The notes below the pieces were generated by a model. It was not told the origin of the DNA. It searched no databases and saw only the letters and a list, made by a program, of their open reading frames with translations. Positions 34,812 to 49,299 of a DNA stretch of 64,000 nucleotides are shown here, piece by piece. Positions within the stretch are counted from its first letter, which is position 1; every line of letters starts with the position of its first letter. The stretch is from NCBI RefSeq assembly GCF_036321535.1, contig NC_087448.1, positions 24,800,001 to 24,864,000 of the forward strand. Direction: 5' to 3'. The stretch comes from Camelus dromedarius (taxonomy: Eukaryota). Both the position numbers and the translations under genes were made by a program.

Positions 34812-37799
34812 GATTGTCTTCTAACTCCTAATTTTCCTTGAAAATTTGGTTCAACTGGAATGGATTATTCAACAAATGGTTTACAGGGGTAAAAGTCTAT
34901 ATTTGGAGCTGAAAATCAAGTTATATCTTTACTTTTTAAAAATCACTGCAATCAATCCCAGATGCAACAAGAAAGATTCATAAAATTTGAAAACAAAGGA
35001 AAATAAGAAAATTAGTAGTTTATTAGTGAATAGTTACATTTCTAAAGATATTAAGTATAAAATTAATTTTTTAATTTAAAAAGACAATACTTAAAGATTT
35101 AATCGAATAATAGTTTACATTTTTGCTTAGTTCAAAAATATTAAAAGGCAAATGACAAACTAGAGAAATGCGTAAAACAGACCTTCTCTTGCTATCCACA
35201 ATATTTAAATAGCTTTTGAAAATTAAAGCACTATGACCCAGGAGAAAAAAAAATTGGAAAGACATAAATAAAAACAGATATATTCATTTTGAAAATGAAA
35301 ATAAATAAATCAAATATTTAATAGCAGTTACCACTAAATGGCTAAGCTAGAGGTAATTTTTATTTTTTCATTTTATTCTTTTCTGTATGATATAAATTTT
35401 TCATAATTAAATTACATTTTACTGACAAAAATATAAATGTAAACTATGCGTAAATTGCTCTGATGGCAGTATTAAAAACCGGTGAAAAGTTGGAAACAAC
35501 CGATGCCCAAGAAGAGTCAAGGACTAAATTTTTAAGTCTTCTCAAAAAGGCTTCCATCACCTGCTGGATTAAGTTCTAACTTCTCAGCATAGCTAAAAAA
35601 AATACTTCCATCTGCATTAATTTCATCTCACCAGCAATTTAGCTGTGGTTTTCTTAGCTGTAAAATGTAGAGATGTGACTGATACAAGTCCTGAGTTTGA
35701 ACAAAAAACCCAGAATATTAATATTCTTATAGTAAAGATATCTGGTTCACGTAGACAGGGGCACAAGAGCTATTCAAAAAATTTCAATCTGCAATACATT
35801 AGACTGTCTTGATAAGCACCCACTTTATTGAGAAAATAGAAGCCATCTATCAGGTGTGAACTCCTTCAAATTAACTTATTATCTATCATCCATTTCATAA
35901 GCTTCTTAAAAACCACTAGTATATGAAGGCATGGAGAACTGCAGAAGCAGGGATCGAGCACTTAACCATGGACCAAGCACTGCCCTGTACAGTTGTCCCC
36001 AAGTGCCAGTAAGAACATGGACTGCAGGGAGCTGAAGCTGGCTGCCCAAAGCTAAGTCAAATTCTATTTTTAGAACAGAGACTTGAAGCCAAATTTCTTT
36101 GACTCCCAAAACTCAAGTATCTTATGCCCACAACAATGTTGACTTCAGCTTTAAAAATTCTATTTGAACCCAAAAGAAATCTAGTTCAATCAAAAGCAAA
36201 TCTCCTTTCTGCTTTCTAGAAGGTTTTTATCTAACCCATCAGAGACTTTGGGGAGAATTAGACTAGTTGATCCCTGAAAGCAATATTGAATATGACTTGC
36301 AAGACCCCATTAAGTAGTCTAGTTAAGGTTTAGATATTTTTAGGATAAAAGCACTTAAGTATTCTCTCACAACCAGTACCTCTTCCTTTCTAATCGCTAT
36401 TAAGAAAGAAGTTCATCAGCTGTACTTGACAGAGATGTTTTTAGAAAGTTTCATGGAGCTGAAAACGAATTTAATTGATCTTAAAATTTTTGAGGTGATA
36501 GTTCAATGGGAAATCCAGTGAAAAGCAATTTCTTTATCCTTAGATGAATGCAAAGACAGTATAAAATCAATGAAGTTATCAGCAGTTTTATTACTATTTG
36601 TGTGATTATTATAATAAAGGGCTCAAATAAATCCCCAGTTTAAATACACATTCTTTAATTTGTTACACTTGGAGTTGTGAGCAGTGCTGAAACTTTAATA
36701 AAATGCCTTTTTTTCCGATTTATAAAAGCTTATTTAGTTACGTTAAGGCTTTTTAAGAATGGCCTTTGATTGCATTTTCCAACCTGTAACCCCACACGAC
36801 TTGCTTGAAAACTTTCTCAAGCAAATGCTTGCTTTAAAGAACCGTTTCTCACCCTTGCAAGTGTGGAAATAAATCATCTGTAGAAACTTGAAACTGCCCA
36901 GTGAGATTTTTATGGAAATAACAATGGCAGTTCAACAATGGAGCTGAGGGTGGGGGTGCGACGGTTATAAATACATCACTAATAACGTCAGTGCATTTCC
37001 CTTGTCTTCCCTGCAACTATCTCTGGGGAAATAAAAACTCTGCGACATGCTCACTTGAATTCCTGTCATTGTACTCTACACATCAGTCTCTCTGGTCTCA
37101 GGCTTATGGCCTGTGGCTGAGGTTATCATCTGGTGTGTCACACACAGCCACTGACACAGAACTGAAATCAATGGAGAAGGGTTTTTTATTTTTTTCTTTT
37201 TTCTTATATAGGAGAGGCAAATGATTCACAAGCACAGCAATAAATCAGAGTGAACCAAAACAACTGAATAGGAGGACAAACCTTAGCTGGAAAAACTGGA
37301 GGTTTCCAGAGGAAACGATATTAAATATAAACCCTTCCTATGTGTTGATAACTATATTTGCTTCAAGTTCCTAAACCATTGAAAGTGATGACACATCTAG
37401 CTTTACACCATGCCAAATGTATCATTTCCTTCCTTCTGCCCTCTGGACCTCTCCCTCCCCACCGCCCAACATTTAAGAAAAAAGCTGAGAACAGCAAACT
37501 CTACGAGATTATATTCTTGAACTTCAGCCGGGCCTGTCCTGGGAGATTTTTGCCCTTTTTTTTTTAGCTAACACTGGTTCTATAGAGAAGCAGGTGTGTA
37601 ATTTCTCTGCAGGACTTTTGAATTTGGTTTCTCTGATGTTTCCACATGTATATAGTCGTTCAGATACTTGTGGCTTTTAAGAGAGTCTCATTTTGTAATT
37701 ATTTGTGCTTCAGACATGAATCAGGATTTGTGGCCCAGTAAATCTCAGGGGATGACTAATGATGCCAAACCATGGTAAAGCATGACCTTCCTACTCTGA

Positions 37800-38400
37800 T
37801 CGTTCCAACAGCTATGTCATATCTGAGTCTGTTTCTGACGCCTGCTTTGTCTTTTCAGATTGTGTTTTTTCTTGGCTTTTTGCGTGTCTTGTAATAGTTT
37901 GTGGAAAGCTGGACACAGTGTACCAGATAATAGGAACTAAGGGAAAGAGGCCTCTCATGTGAGGTTTTCTGTTGATCTGCTTAGATGTTGGGCCGCGTTT
38001 AATATTTGCTGTAACTGTAGGTTTCAGAAACTTCAAATTCCTGTAGTATCCTTGATTTTCATCTCCTCTATTGACTTAGTATTCCTCAAGTACTCTTCCT
38101 TAGAGAGTCTGAGTTTAGCAGCTTTCAGCTGTAACCCACTGTTGGTATACAGGAGCCCAGTTTATGTGGCTTCTGTTCCAGGGAAGCAGATACTGGTTGT
38201 AACTCTTTGGATGCGCCTGTCTCTCCAGGTTTTGGTGTGACAGTTTGCCCTATGATTTTAGCTCTCTGATGGGGCCAAGAAAAGTTGTTGATTTTCAATC
38301 TGTTAGGCTTTTTCTTGTTAGAAGAATGGGAGTAATGACCGCTAAGCTCTTTACAAATGTTGCAGCTAAAAACAGGAGTCCACGTTTCTGTCTTAGGAAT
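37800..38400 (-). mobile_element. Old L1M 5'-region fragment, antisense
   Basis: tctgagtctgtttctgacgcctgctttgtcttttcagattgtg...gtttgccctatgattttagctctctgatggggccaagaaaagttgttgattttcaatctg. Confidence 0.75.
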
Positions 38401-41394
38401 CAGCAAATAGGTGCATTTGTTTACTTTGTTTAAACCGAAAGATCTCAAATGAGTGTCCCAAGATCTTCCTACAGGTTTTTGCTTTTCGTTTTTAGCAACA
38501 TCAGGAAGGATCTATATATTTTCAAAGCTAAAAATTAAAATCAGTTATATAAAACATAAAATACACATACACATCAACAAAGCCAACAATCCCTGAGATC
38601 GAAGATATCAGCACAGGACAGTACAATGGAAAAAGATTAAAAATATACATATTTATGTGTTTAATATTCCTCCTAATAAAGAACAAATGACAATTAAAAA
38701 CGCAAACAAACAAACGACCACAGCCCCCAGCTGCAACCCAACAGCCTTCTAAGACAAAGGGCATAGAGTTCACAGTAACCCTGGACGATTCATTCCATCA
38801 TTCAATAGCTACAATTTCTCTAAGATCTCACACTTGGAAATTTTCCTACCAAAACTCAACCCTTAGCTTACCAACTCCTCTGCTTATTCACCCCAGACAG
38901 CTACAGCAAAAATGTTTGTATCCCTGGCTTTCTAAATCCAGTCCCATAGCCTAGTAGGCCAAATTCACCCTAGCTGCTGGAAGTGGCCCTCACCCAACTT
39001 GCAAGGCACAAATCCTCTAATATCTAGCTTCAGAGGATGACTTGCTGTTCACTAAAATATGCCTTGGCACCTTTATTCATCCTGTATCTTCTGTCTGGAA
39101 CTACTACGCCCTCCACTCTGCCTTTTGAAATTCCACTCATCTCTTAATTAATGATAACAACTTCACTAATCTATCAACTCTCTGTGAGTTTCTGTCTTTG
39201 AACTACACAGTTATTTATACCTCTATTTTGCATTTCCCATACTCTCTGCTTTTCATCTAAATTTAGGTTCACTTATTTTAATCTCCTCTAATAAGTGATC
39301 TCTAATTCGTTTTAAGATGTAATTTATACATGGTGCCTTATACATCGTAAAACTTTGTCCATCTAATGAATGAAGGGAGGAGATTCAGTTTGTGCTGGGA
39401 GCAGTGAGTCCTTAAAGCCCATTGAGTGATATAATCTCAGAGGTGATAGGAATCACACAGGTCCAAAGCAACATTTTAGATGGATATATTCAGGGCATGG
39501 ATTCTACTGAAAACCAGGCCCCTACTTTAGACTGATTCAATATCCAGAACCAAGAATTCTGTAACACTCTTTGAATAATACTCCCTTTGGAGCATTACTG
39601 CTTATGATGGGGCCTATTGGATATCTTTCTGTCCAGTCACACAACCTGGTAAATATTCTGAAAGTTTACTCCCGTAAGATTAACATTTTAGCATCCAAAC
39701 TATCAGGGAGTTTGAAATGTCACAGATTTCACTTTGCAGTCTGTCCTCCAGATTGTTTAAGTGTGAAATAAGACAGATCATTCCATGAGCTTCACTGTTT
39801 AGATTCTTAGTGATCATTTAGCAGGACTTAGACCATCTTCAATGTCAGGGCTTCACTTTCTTAGATTTTCTGAAATTTCCTGTCTCTCTCCCAAATTTGT
39901 TGTGACATAAAAGAAAATGACTCTATTACAGAAATTTAACAAAGCACTGGTGGTTGTCTTTTTAGAAAAACTAATTCTTACAACTTTCTAGAGACTTTCT
40001 AGAAAACTCTATCTACTTATTCAAAACTCTAGCATCCCAACTCAGGATACTGGATATATTTCTGATTGCTGAAATCGAGAAATAAATAATGAACCTTAAA
40101 AATCCATGGAGGAGAAACTAAGATAACTCAGGGGAAGCTGAGGCTTCCATGAGGAGAGGCCAAAAATAATCAGAGCTCATAAATCAGGAATGATAAAGGC
40201 TGAGAGGAGGATGAGATTAAAATGTATAAAACCATTAAGTTACTGAATAGCACAAACATGGCTGAGTGACTGAATTTTAGAACAACAGAACTAGGGAACA
40301 TCCTTTTAAGTTGGATTCAAATCAGAAGCAATACTATTATGAAATACTTAAACTAGTAAAAGTACCTCAATACACCTCCATGAAAAATTCAGCAGGCCAT
40401 ATAAAAGCACCAGTAAAGCAACAGACAAGTTCCATGGTTTATAAAGAGAAAGTTGAAATCCATGAGTATGTAAGAAACTTCCACTGTCACAGAAATCACC
40501 CCAAACTGTAAGACTTTGTCAATGCCATGAGTTTTAACAATAGTCAAGGATCTACATGAAGACTTAATATGATGAGATATGTATAATCTAATGGGTTCAA
40601 GTTTGTCTGTATATTAGGGATAATTTAGGTAAATCACTGTTTCTCAATTATCATAGCTACACAGAAAAATATTGCTCTACAGGACAGGGTGCTATATATT
40701 TTCAGGCAGATAAATCATAGAATGACTTTGGTAAGAGAAACAGGAGTATTTAGAGTGTAATAACTACAATATGTAGCAATTGCGTTTAGTCAGGAATTGA
40801 TTTCCATTTTAGACTGATGTTGCCTTAAATGGCAGGCTAACCATTTCCAGCAAAGCAAAAACTTTTATACTAGTAATAACAATTTATAATATATGAGGCA
40901 GATTTTTGCAAAAGCATAACTCTCTCTGAACTAATATTATTCATATAATTAGTGTAAAATAATTTAAGAATACTCTAGTCTGTTAAGAAAAAAGTTTGTA
41001 TAATTTGGAAAACAAATAACGTTTCCTTAAATGTTTCTGAAAAGACCACAATTCTCAATTTCCTTTTTCCACTGATTTGAGTCAGCATCTTGTTCACCAT
41101 CTGGACATCCTCAACTGAAAGAAAAAAAACTCACAGATACTTTTGTTTTTATCTGCATGTTAGATGTGGGTAAATACAGTTATTACTAAGATCGGGTGCA
41201 TTATTAGTTCTTTGGATCACGATGTCAGTTGGCCTTTATTTGCTGTAAACAAAGATCACTGTAAATGATTCAAATCTTCACCCTTATTCATCAGTGCAAC
41301 ATGATCTAATCAACGAAAAGTGGAAATATTATGAAAAATCTGTTTCACAGATCTAAGAAGTGTGTATAACCTAGTGGCTAACATGTGGTCATTA

Positions 41395-41535
41395 GACTTA
41401 GGTGTCTTGGATTTTTGAAACCAGCTTTATCCCTGTCCAGCCTTGGGCAAGTTATTTCACCTCCTTTCCCCTAAAATTTCTCATCTCGAATTAGTCATCT
41501 CTCAGAGTTGTTGGGGATTAAATGAGATAATACAG
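41395..41535 (+). mobile_element. MIR SINE
   Basis: ccttgggcaagttatttcacctc...tttctcatct...ctcagagttgttggggattaaatgagataat. Confidence 0.75.
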
Positions 41536-41986
41536 AACAACAGAAACAGGTTTGAGTTCACTATAAACACTTAATGAATGTAAGCCAGTATTATTACAGG
41601 CTTTTTCTGTCAATACTGCCACAAAGCAATGAAGCACTTTATACAATAATCTTAAAAGTGTATCAAATTGCAGCATAACATTGACAAAGCCTTTTATTCT
41701 TCTACCTCTATCTCTCTTCATGGATATTTATGAAACCACAACTTAATACTGAACTAACATTACAACACTATACTCAAAATCATATTGTATATAATTACAT
41801 TGGTATTCCCAGCAAACTTTTTGCTTTATTTGAGCACTAGTTCAACAAATATTTGTTGAGCATTTACCATGTGCCAAATGGATTCCAGGGTGTAAAACCA
41901 CTGTCCCTGTCCCTACTGTACTCATTTAGAAGCTTCCAATAACCAACAACTCTTATCCCTTTTCAAAAATTTTAAACCATGGCTCT

Positions 41987-42381
41987 TGTTATGCACTGAA
42001 TGTTTGTCCCCCCCTCCCCAAAAGTTCATGTTGAAGTCCTAACCCTCAGTGTAATAGTATTTGGAGATGGAGCATTTAGTAGGTACATAGGTTCAGATAA
42101 GGACATGAGGGTGCAGCCCCCATGATGGTATTAGTGCCTTTAAAAGAAGAGGAAGAGACACCAGAACTCTTTCTCTGTCTTTTTCTCTCTCTCCACTATG
42201 TGAGGATTTGGTAAGAAAGTAGCCATCTGCAAGCCAGAAAGAAAGCATTACCAGAACCCAATGATACTGGCACCCTGATCTCAGACCTCCAGCCTCCAGA
42301 GCTCTGAGAAATAAATGTCTGTGTTTAAGCCACCTGGCCTACGGTGTTTCGTTATAGCTGCTTGAGCTGCTGACTAAGACA
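41987..42381 (+). mobile_element. Full-length MLT1A/MLT1A0 MaLR solo LTR
   Basis: Starts tgttatgcactgaatgtttgtcccc and ends gctgactaagaca (TG...CA); internal gccatctgcaagccag, gacctccagcctccaga, aataaa; no clear TSD. Confidence 0.92.
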
Positions 42382-42799
42382 CTTCCGTTACAGCTTTTCT
42401 ACCCCAATTCTGGTGATCTGTGCACCCTCATTTAACCTGCTTAAGAGAAACATCCTCATCTATAAAATAGAAATGAGGTTGTTGTGAGAAAAATGAACTA
42501 GCAAATGCAAAAGAGTTTTAGGAACATTATGCAAGAACTAGTTATTTGATCCAACACTAAAAGAATTTTGACATTATATAAATTAAACAGCAACCAATGA
42601 AGATAGTGTGATTCAAACAGTTGTGTCTCCTTGTGAACCCTGGTCATTTCTAGATATTTATTTTCCTTGGAGAGAATAAACAAATCAACTATACCACCTC
42701 TTCTCTCCTAAGAAGTTTTTCTTCCAGAAATAATCATGAGTGTATATAGGGGCTTAAAAACAAACAAAAGTTTATCCAATGGATAAACTTACCATTACG

Positions 42800-43945
42800 C
42801 TGAACCTTGGAACTACTTCTTGAGTGTCTTCCCTCCCTTGGCTTCTCTGATTCCTCTCCTTCCTCTTTGGCCATCCCTTCTCAGTATTGTTGTGGGCTGT
42901 CTTCTTCACTTACTCCCCAAACCCACTCTGGATGAGAGCATCCAAATTAAGTGTTAATAAGCCCCAAACATTTATCTGCATCTAAGACATGAGCTCTAGA
43001 TTCACACCTCCAATTTTCAAATAGACCTCACACTTGGGTATCTCCCAGGCATCTCAAACTACTTCAAAACTGAATTTATCATCTTTTCCCCCAAAATTCC
43101 TGGGCTTCCTCTCTTAATTAATAGTACCAACATGCACACATGCCAGAATGGCCTCCAGATCCCTCATTCCCTTCAACTCCCATCAGAGTCCACATCTTGT
43201 GAGTTCTGAGTCATTAACGACTTCCTCAGTTACCATCCATCCCCTCTCCAAATATCTGAAGCCAAAGTCTCTTCACTTTGTTCATGGACTGTGACAATTT
43301 TAGCCCAAGTATTCTCTGTGTATCCTGACTTACCCCTCACACACACACCCAATCCATCCTATACTTGGCTTTGAATGAGCTTTTTCTGATAAACTAATCT
43401 GCTCATGACACCAACTGTGAGTTCACATGCTCCCCATGTCTACAAGGTAAACCACCATCTTCTTAGGTTGGTGTATTGGAGCTTCCATGATCCTCCAAAT
43501 CTATCTTCTCACTCTTATTGCACTGAATACACCTCTTCTATTCTCTATTCCAGCCATCCTGACACTGAAATTCCCTGGGTACCTTTGGAAATTTTATGCC
43601 TCTGAGAATGTTATCAAGCTATTCAATTTTTTTGAAATTTCCTGCCTTTTGGTGGGGGGGTGGGGCTCTGGAGAACATCAGCTCATCTTTTACAGCTTAG
43701 CTCCATTACGATTGTCCTTATTAAAAGATTCTTAAACTCCTTTTGGTTAGAATTAATCATTCTCTCTTTTCTGCCTTCTCTCTGATCTTTTCACTCCTTT
43801 ATCATATGCCTACAGTGAATCTCTTTTAGGGCGACAATAACATCTGACTCCCCTCTGCATGTTTAACCCCTAGTGCCTTGCACAGTGCCTGGAACCTTGG
43901 GGTTAATCAATAAGTATTTGCTTACTCATTGCAGGAATGAGTTGG
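42800..43945 (+). mobile_element. L2 LINE (long 3' segment)
   Basis: cacttgggtatctcccaggcatctcaaact...aaaactgaatttatcatc...ccctagtgccttgcacagtgcctggaacc...caataagtatttg. Confidence 0.8.
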
Positions 43946-43949
43946 GATA

Positions 43950-44340
43950 GCTGTAGTAATAGTCAACATCAACATGGTGTACACTCCATAAGAACATGAG
44001 TCTGTACATAATTCCAGGTCGAATGTGCTACTATAATTTAAAAGAATGTTTAAGGAAGAGAATCATATCTGTTTGTGAGTTCTCACAGTGTGTAAATCCT
44101 TTACCATCATTATCTCATTTAATTTGCACAGCAATTCTTTAAGATAGACATTACTGAGCATCTACAATGTACAAGGCATTTTTCTCATTCATGACCTCAT
44201 TTAATCATCCCAACTAAGTTCTAAAGAACATATTTTGACAAATATGCAAATGATAACATTAAATATCAGAGATTAGAAATTTACTGAAGGTTATAGAAGT
44301 TAAAAGTGTCAAATTCAATATTCCAACCTAGTTTTCTGCC
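43950..44340 (-). mobile_element. MIR fragments (two or more)
   Basis: cattatctcatttaatttgcacagc, catgacctcatttaatcatccc, cagagattagaaatttactgaagg. Confidence 0.5.
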
Positions 44341-44949
44341 CACCAGAATAAATGTTCCACAAATTAAATTTTGAAGTTCAATCTATCCATGCTACCTACA
44401 GGTATTTTGAAATGGGCATATGAGCTGCTAGCATCTTAAGATTGCCACAAAAACAAATACTTCCATACAAGGATATTTGCAGAACCTTTAAAAACAACCC
44501 TGTCATCAACATGTCTTAAGTATATATATAATGCCACACAAGGGGAATTTGCATGTTTTAACACTTGGCAAAACATCAAAGTTTGTTTCTTTAATGTTAT
44601 GTATTCTTTAGTTGGTCATGACAGATTTATTACAACTGGATTTTTTCCAAAAGTCATTATGCTTCCTGATTTATCCATTTGTTTTTATCTTGGAGAGATT
44701 TGAACTGAATTCTCAATTTGCGTAACTAAAACATTAAAGTAGAGTTCTGCCTAAAAAGGGATTGAAAGAAAAACTCCTTTGGCCAACACCAGTCATTGGA
44801 ATGATTCACTTAGTATTTTGGGGTTTGATTGTATTTGTTGTCTTTTCTAATAAGTATGTTAGTAAAAAGAAGAAAGGAAACTGTGAACAGACTCTGACAT
44901 GCATTGTCAATATGAGCTTGATCAAAATACTTGGAGGAGAACTTGGGAT

Positions 44950-45090
44950 TGGAGCCAGACGGACTTAGTCTCAGATTCTCCATCCAACACGTCCTTGTTC
45001 TACGTCCATAGGCCCAGACTTACTTTCTCTTTGCACTAGTTTCCTTATCCTGAATGCTGGGGAAATATCTACTTCACAGGGTTGGTTTTT
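44950..45090 (+). mobile_element. MIR SINE
   Basis: ggagccagacggactt...ctagtttccttatcctgaatgctgggg...tctacttcacagggttg. Confidence 0.6.
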
Positions 45091-48000
45091 TTTTTTTAAT
45101 AAGACTTTAATAGTCATACACATAAAAAAATTAAGTAACTGATATGTCATTGAGATTCACCCAATAAATGGAAACTATTTCTACTAGTTTTAAATAATAA
45201 ACCTTGTTAAATAAGCAACAGAGATTGATGTTTCTCCTACCTTTTTCACATGTCACTATGCAGGTATGTTTGGCCAAATTAGATCCAAGGAGAGACACTG
45301 AAAAGACTGGAAAACAGGTGAAACTGTCTCTGACGTCCACTTTACATCAGAGACTTTGAGCATCTTTGGTCCCCAGAAATCAGGCTTCATCCATTCCTCT
45401 TTGTACCCTCCTGAGCCTTCGTTTCTGAGACAGCATCAAAAATTCAGGACTTCTGTCTCCACCCTTGGATCTGTTCCTTCCCTGTTCTTAACTGACTCTG
45501 TCTTCACATTTTTCTGATAATCCAATTTGCCAAGATAGTTATGTTTGTGCTATAAAGTTGGATTCTGATATTATTTTGTCTTAGTTTTGTGTAGAAGAAA
45601 CAAAGTTAAGTCTTTCAGAAAAGAGTTGTATAAAAAGTAGTCTGTGAGCTAACGGTTCTTATTAAAGAGAATTTTTATTGCAAGATTTGAGCTACCGTAG
45701 GCAACATATTTAACCAGAGATAACTATTACTAAATGAAAGCACATTTAACTCCTATGTAATAATAACATGGAAAGTACTTCACTTAAACTAGACATAACT
45801 AATCGTGCGATATTTTCAGAATAGAGAAACCCCATGTGGTCCCTTCTGGTCATTTTTTCTTTTCCTTCAGTTCTTAGAAGAAGAAAGGACAGAGAAGATT
45901 CTGAAAAAGTAGTACATATTTCCTAAAGATCAGAAATCTGGAAGTACAAACAAGTATCACCAATTCAAATAACTCAGACAGTCCAAGAAGGAAAAAAAAA
46001 AAAGCTGCTTATATATTAACTAAAGGAAGTAGTCTGAAGGAAGTTTAATGATAAATTGCTCTAAAGATGTGGGAGCTAAATTCTAATCATGGCAAAGAGT
46101 TGACTCAAAGACATGTTTCAGTGTGCGTTAATAAATAAATGTGCTGATGGACAGTAAAAAATAAGATCATGGTGAAGTCTTATTAATAAGCTAGGGATTA
46201 GTGACCAGGTTCCAGATACTACCTACATACTTATTTCTTTAAATATTTGTTTTATAAGATAGTATTCCATGCTGTTTTGTATTTTTTTCTTTTCAGTTGT
46301 TTAAATAATTTCATTTTTCAATTTTTCTAAGCAGAAGACAATTTACTATTGTATTTCACTTCTGGGAAAATACTAATTTTGTATTGTTGGCCACAGAACC
46401 TGTACAATGTGTGTACTGAGAATTCAGAAGAAAATTCTAAGATCATAAGGAAAATTTCCACCTGAAAGTTACTTAATATAAGACTTTGTAGAAATTTTCA
46501 CAAGAGTTCCCTGAAATTCTCAACATCTCCCATGCAAGCTAGAATTTTCCAAATGTCATTTATATGCTAATACAATTTGTGGCAGGTCAGGTGTCTGTCC
46601 CCTCATCACACCTTAAGCATAGCCACCCAGTCTTCAAGGTGGACCCTGATCAAAGGCACCAAATGTGTGATTGGACAAGGTTTTTCACCACAGGTGAAAA
46701 GGGAAGATACAGATAGAAACTTCAAAATCTAAAAATCCAACGGAAAGTTTTCATATGTAGGACATAACAAAGAAGCTCTGAAATATGAGGATATTTGGTA
46801 CCTTGTAAACTGATTATCTTGGAGATGGATTGACTTTTTCCATTAGCTTATTTTAGTGAGTAATCAAAGACTACACAGAATTCTGGCCTGGAAGAAAGCA
46901 TCATTTAACTCAGCATGTACCCTAATCCTGAAGCCAACAGTAAGAGATAACTTGCAAACTGAGTTTTCCCAGGTGAGAAATGCTAGCCCCAAGTGACATG
47001 GCATGTACTCTAACCTAGAGTAGATGGAGAAAGATGTGAAAGGAAGCAGGTAAAGAAGTAGTATTCAATTAAGAACACCTGCATAAATACTTACAGGATG
47101 AACAGACATTCAAAAGGTTTTTTAATAAATTAATGGATGCCCCAGCTGTCAGCAGCTGACTAGGTTGCCGTGTATCTACACGAGTGTTATTGCTGGGAAA
47201 ACAGCAGCCAATAGCTGGCTGGCTGGCATTCTGGGCCTGGTTCATGCCAATTCTGCTGTTAACTATCAGATACAGAAGCAACTCCTGCTGGAGAGTTTCA
47301 ACTGGGGGATTCCAGGAGGGTGGGAAGTTGAATTCTGCTGCTGCCCACCACCTCGGACCCTCCCCTGCCGACTGAGGGCCCCTTCTTCCTGAAGGTCTGG
47401 GCCTGCCTTTTGAGACTGGAAAGAATGACCTAGATGAGTGACATGATAATAGATTCAGCCTAAATAAAACAGAATCTCAAGGAAAAAAAATAAATGAATG
47501 GATGAATGAAATGAGTTCATGAATTGTATTCAATGCAACAAGAATTTTATTAGGAATTGAAGCATCAAGGAAAAGAACTATGATATGGAAGAAAAAATTA
47601 CAAATAAAAAGTATAGCAAACTGTTCCTCCCTCAGATATGAGATGTATTTTAAAAACTAGTAACAAAAGCACCATTGCTACAGCACTGCCAGCAGCCCCT
47701 CTCCCCTAATCAGGGCAACTCAGCATCAAAGAGAAAAATAAAAATAGCCTAAGAAAACCCTCTCTCAAATAACAAAGTCATTTGAGCATTCATTTCTAAA
47801 GAGCAAGGTCAATGTCTCGTGATAGAAGCCCCTATCATTGTAATAGTGAGCCTAAATCATTGTAAAGCAAATTCGTTCTGGTAATAGACATACTCCTATT
47901 GTTTACCAAATGTCCCTTCCTCTCACCCACATCAGGATCATTGGCCAGTGAACATAGTTATGTAAGCCAGTTGAAGAAGTTTGCCCTAAGTACCTTGGTT

Positions 48001-48586
48001 TTCTCTGTATTCAGTAAGTACTTAGCTGTAAATAGGTGATTTTTTTAATATAACCACATACTTTCCTAGTGAGAAAACAAACATTAATATGTAATGTTTT
48101 TTCACTGTTCACTATAATTCAAACTTCAGTTTACATTTAATTTTAAACAATCTAATTGCTATTAGCATGTCAAATATGCATGTGCCTTTGCGTGTATACA
48201 ACCACACACACATCTAGATAGCCATATGAGTATATATGCTATAAACATTTATATATGGCTATGTAAAAAGTAAACCACTTTACAAAGGGAGTTGCCTTTT
48301 TTGAATCTAAATCAGAATCACTTCAATTTTATAAACAATAGTCTACAACAATATTTCTAACCCTTTCAAGTATGATATTAATACTTACGATGTTAATACA
48401 TTTCTTAAATACTCTTTCCATGTGACAGCAGCTCTGTCTCTCATCTCTGTGGACTGAGACCACACATAATGACATAGAACTGCCATGAATTAAATGTTTT
48501 TTTAAGTGCTTTCCCATTCTTCGTATACGTTTATATATACTTTTAGAATCAAATTTAATTCAGGTATTCATTCAATAAATACTAAC

Positions 48587-49181
48587 TGTATTAGTTATCT
48601 ATTTCCATGTAACAAATTTCCCCGAGGTTTAGTAGCTTAAAATCTCAAACATTTATTGTAGCACATCATCTCTGAGGTCAAGAATCCAGGAGTGGTACAA
48701 CTGGATAGTTCTGGCCCAGGGATCTCATTAGGTTGTAGTCAAGCTGTTGGCTGGGCGTTTAGTCATCTGAAGCTTTACGAAGTCTGCCCGATCCACTCCC
48801 AAGCTCGGGCTTGTGGCTGTTAACAGACCTAAGTTTCTCATTGGCCAGTGGCCAGAGGCCTCAGTGTCTCTATAGGAATAGCATCTCTATGTGAATGGCA
48901 GCTGGCCTTCCTCAGAGTAAGTGAGGAGAGACACAAGAAAGTGTGTGTGTGTGTGTGTGTGTGTGCTTAACACAAAGAAAGAAAGATAGGGAAGAGACAG
49001 TAAGAAGATGCAGGTCTTTTATAGCCTAATCTTGGAAGTCACACAGCATGACTTCCGTTACATGCTATTGATACCACAGATCAACAGATCAACCCTGGTA
49101 CAATGGAGGGAAAGACTGCACACAGATTTAATACCAGGCGGTAGAGATCATGGTGGACCATCCAGGAGACTGGCTGCTGCA
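48587..49181 (-). mobile_element. MLT1F/G-type MaLR solo LTR, near full length
   Basis: tgtattagttatctatttccatgtaacaaatttcccc...ttgtagtcaagctgttggctggg...tcttggaagtcacacagcatgacttcc...ggagactggctgctgca. Confidence 0.85.
48941..48964. repeat. (GT)12 microsatellite inside the LTR
   Basis: Direct observation. Confidence 0.95.
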
Positions 49182-49299
49182 GCAACTAATTGCATGCTGC
49201 ATAAAGTATATTCTAAACATTTACTTCTAAAACTAAAAAAATGAAAGTCCTTCATAAGCTTTCTAGATACTTCACAACCCCAAAATAACTATTATAAAT

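Noticed and set aside
35404-35414. PHOX2-type TAATTAAATTA palindrome
   Set aside because: Sits in extremely AT-rich, L1-tail-like sequence where such a match is expected by chance
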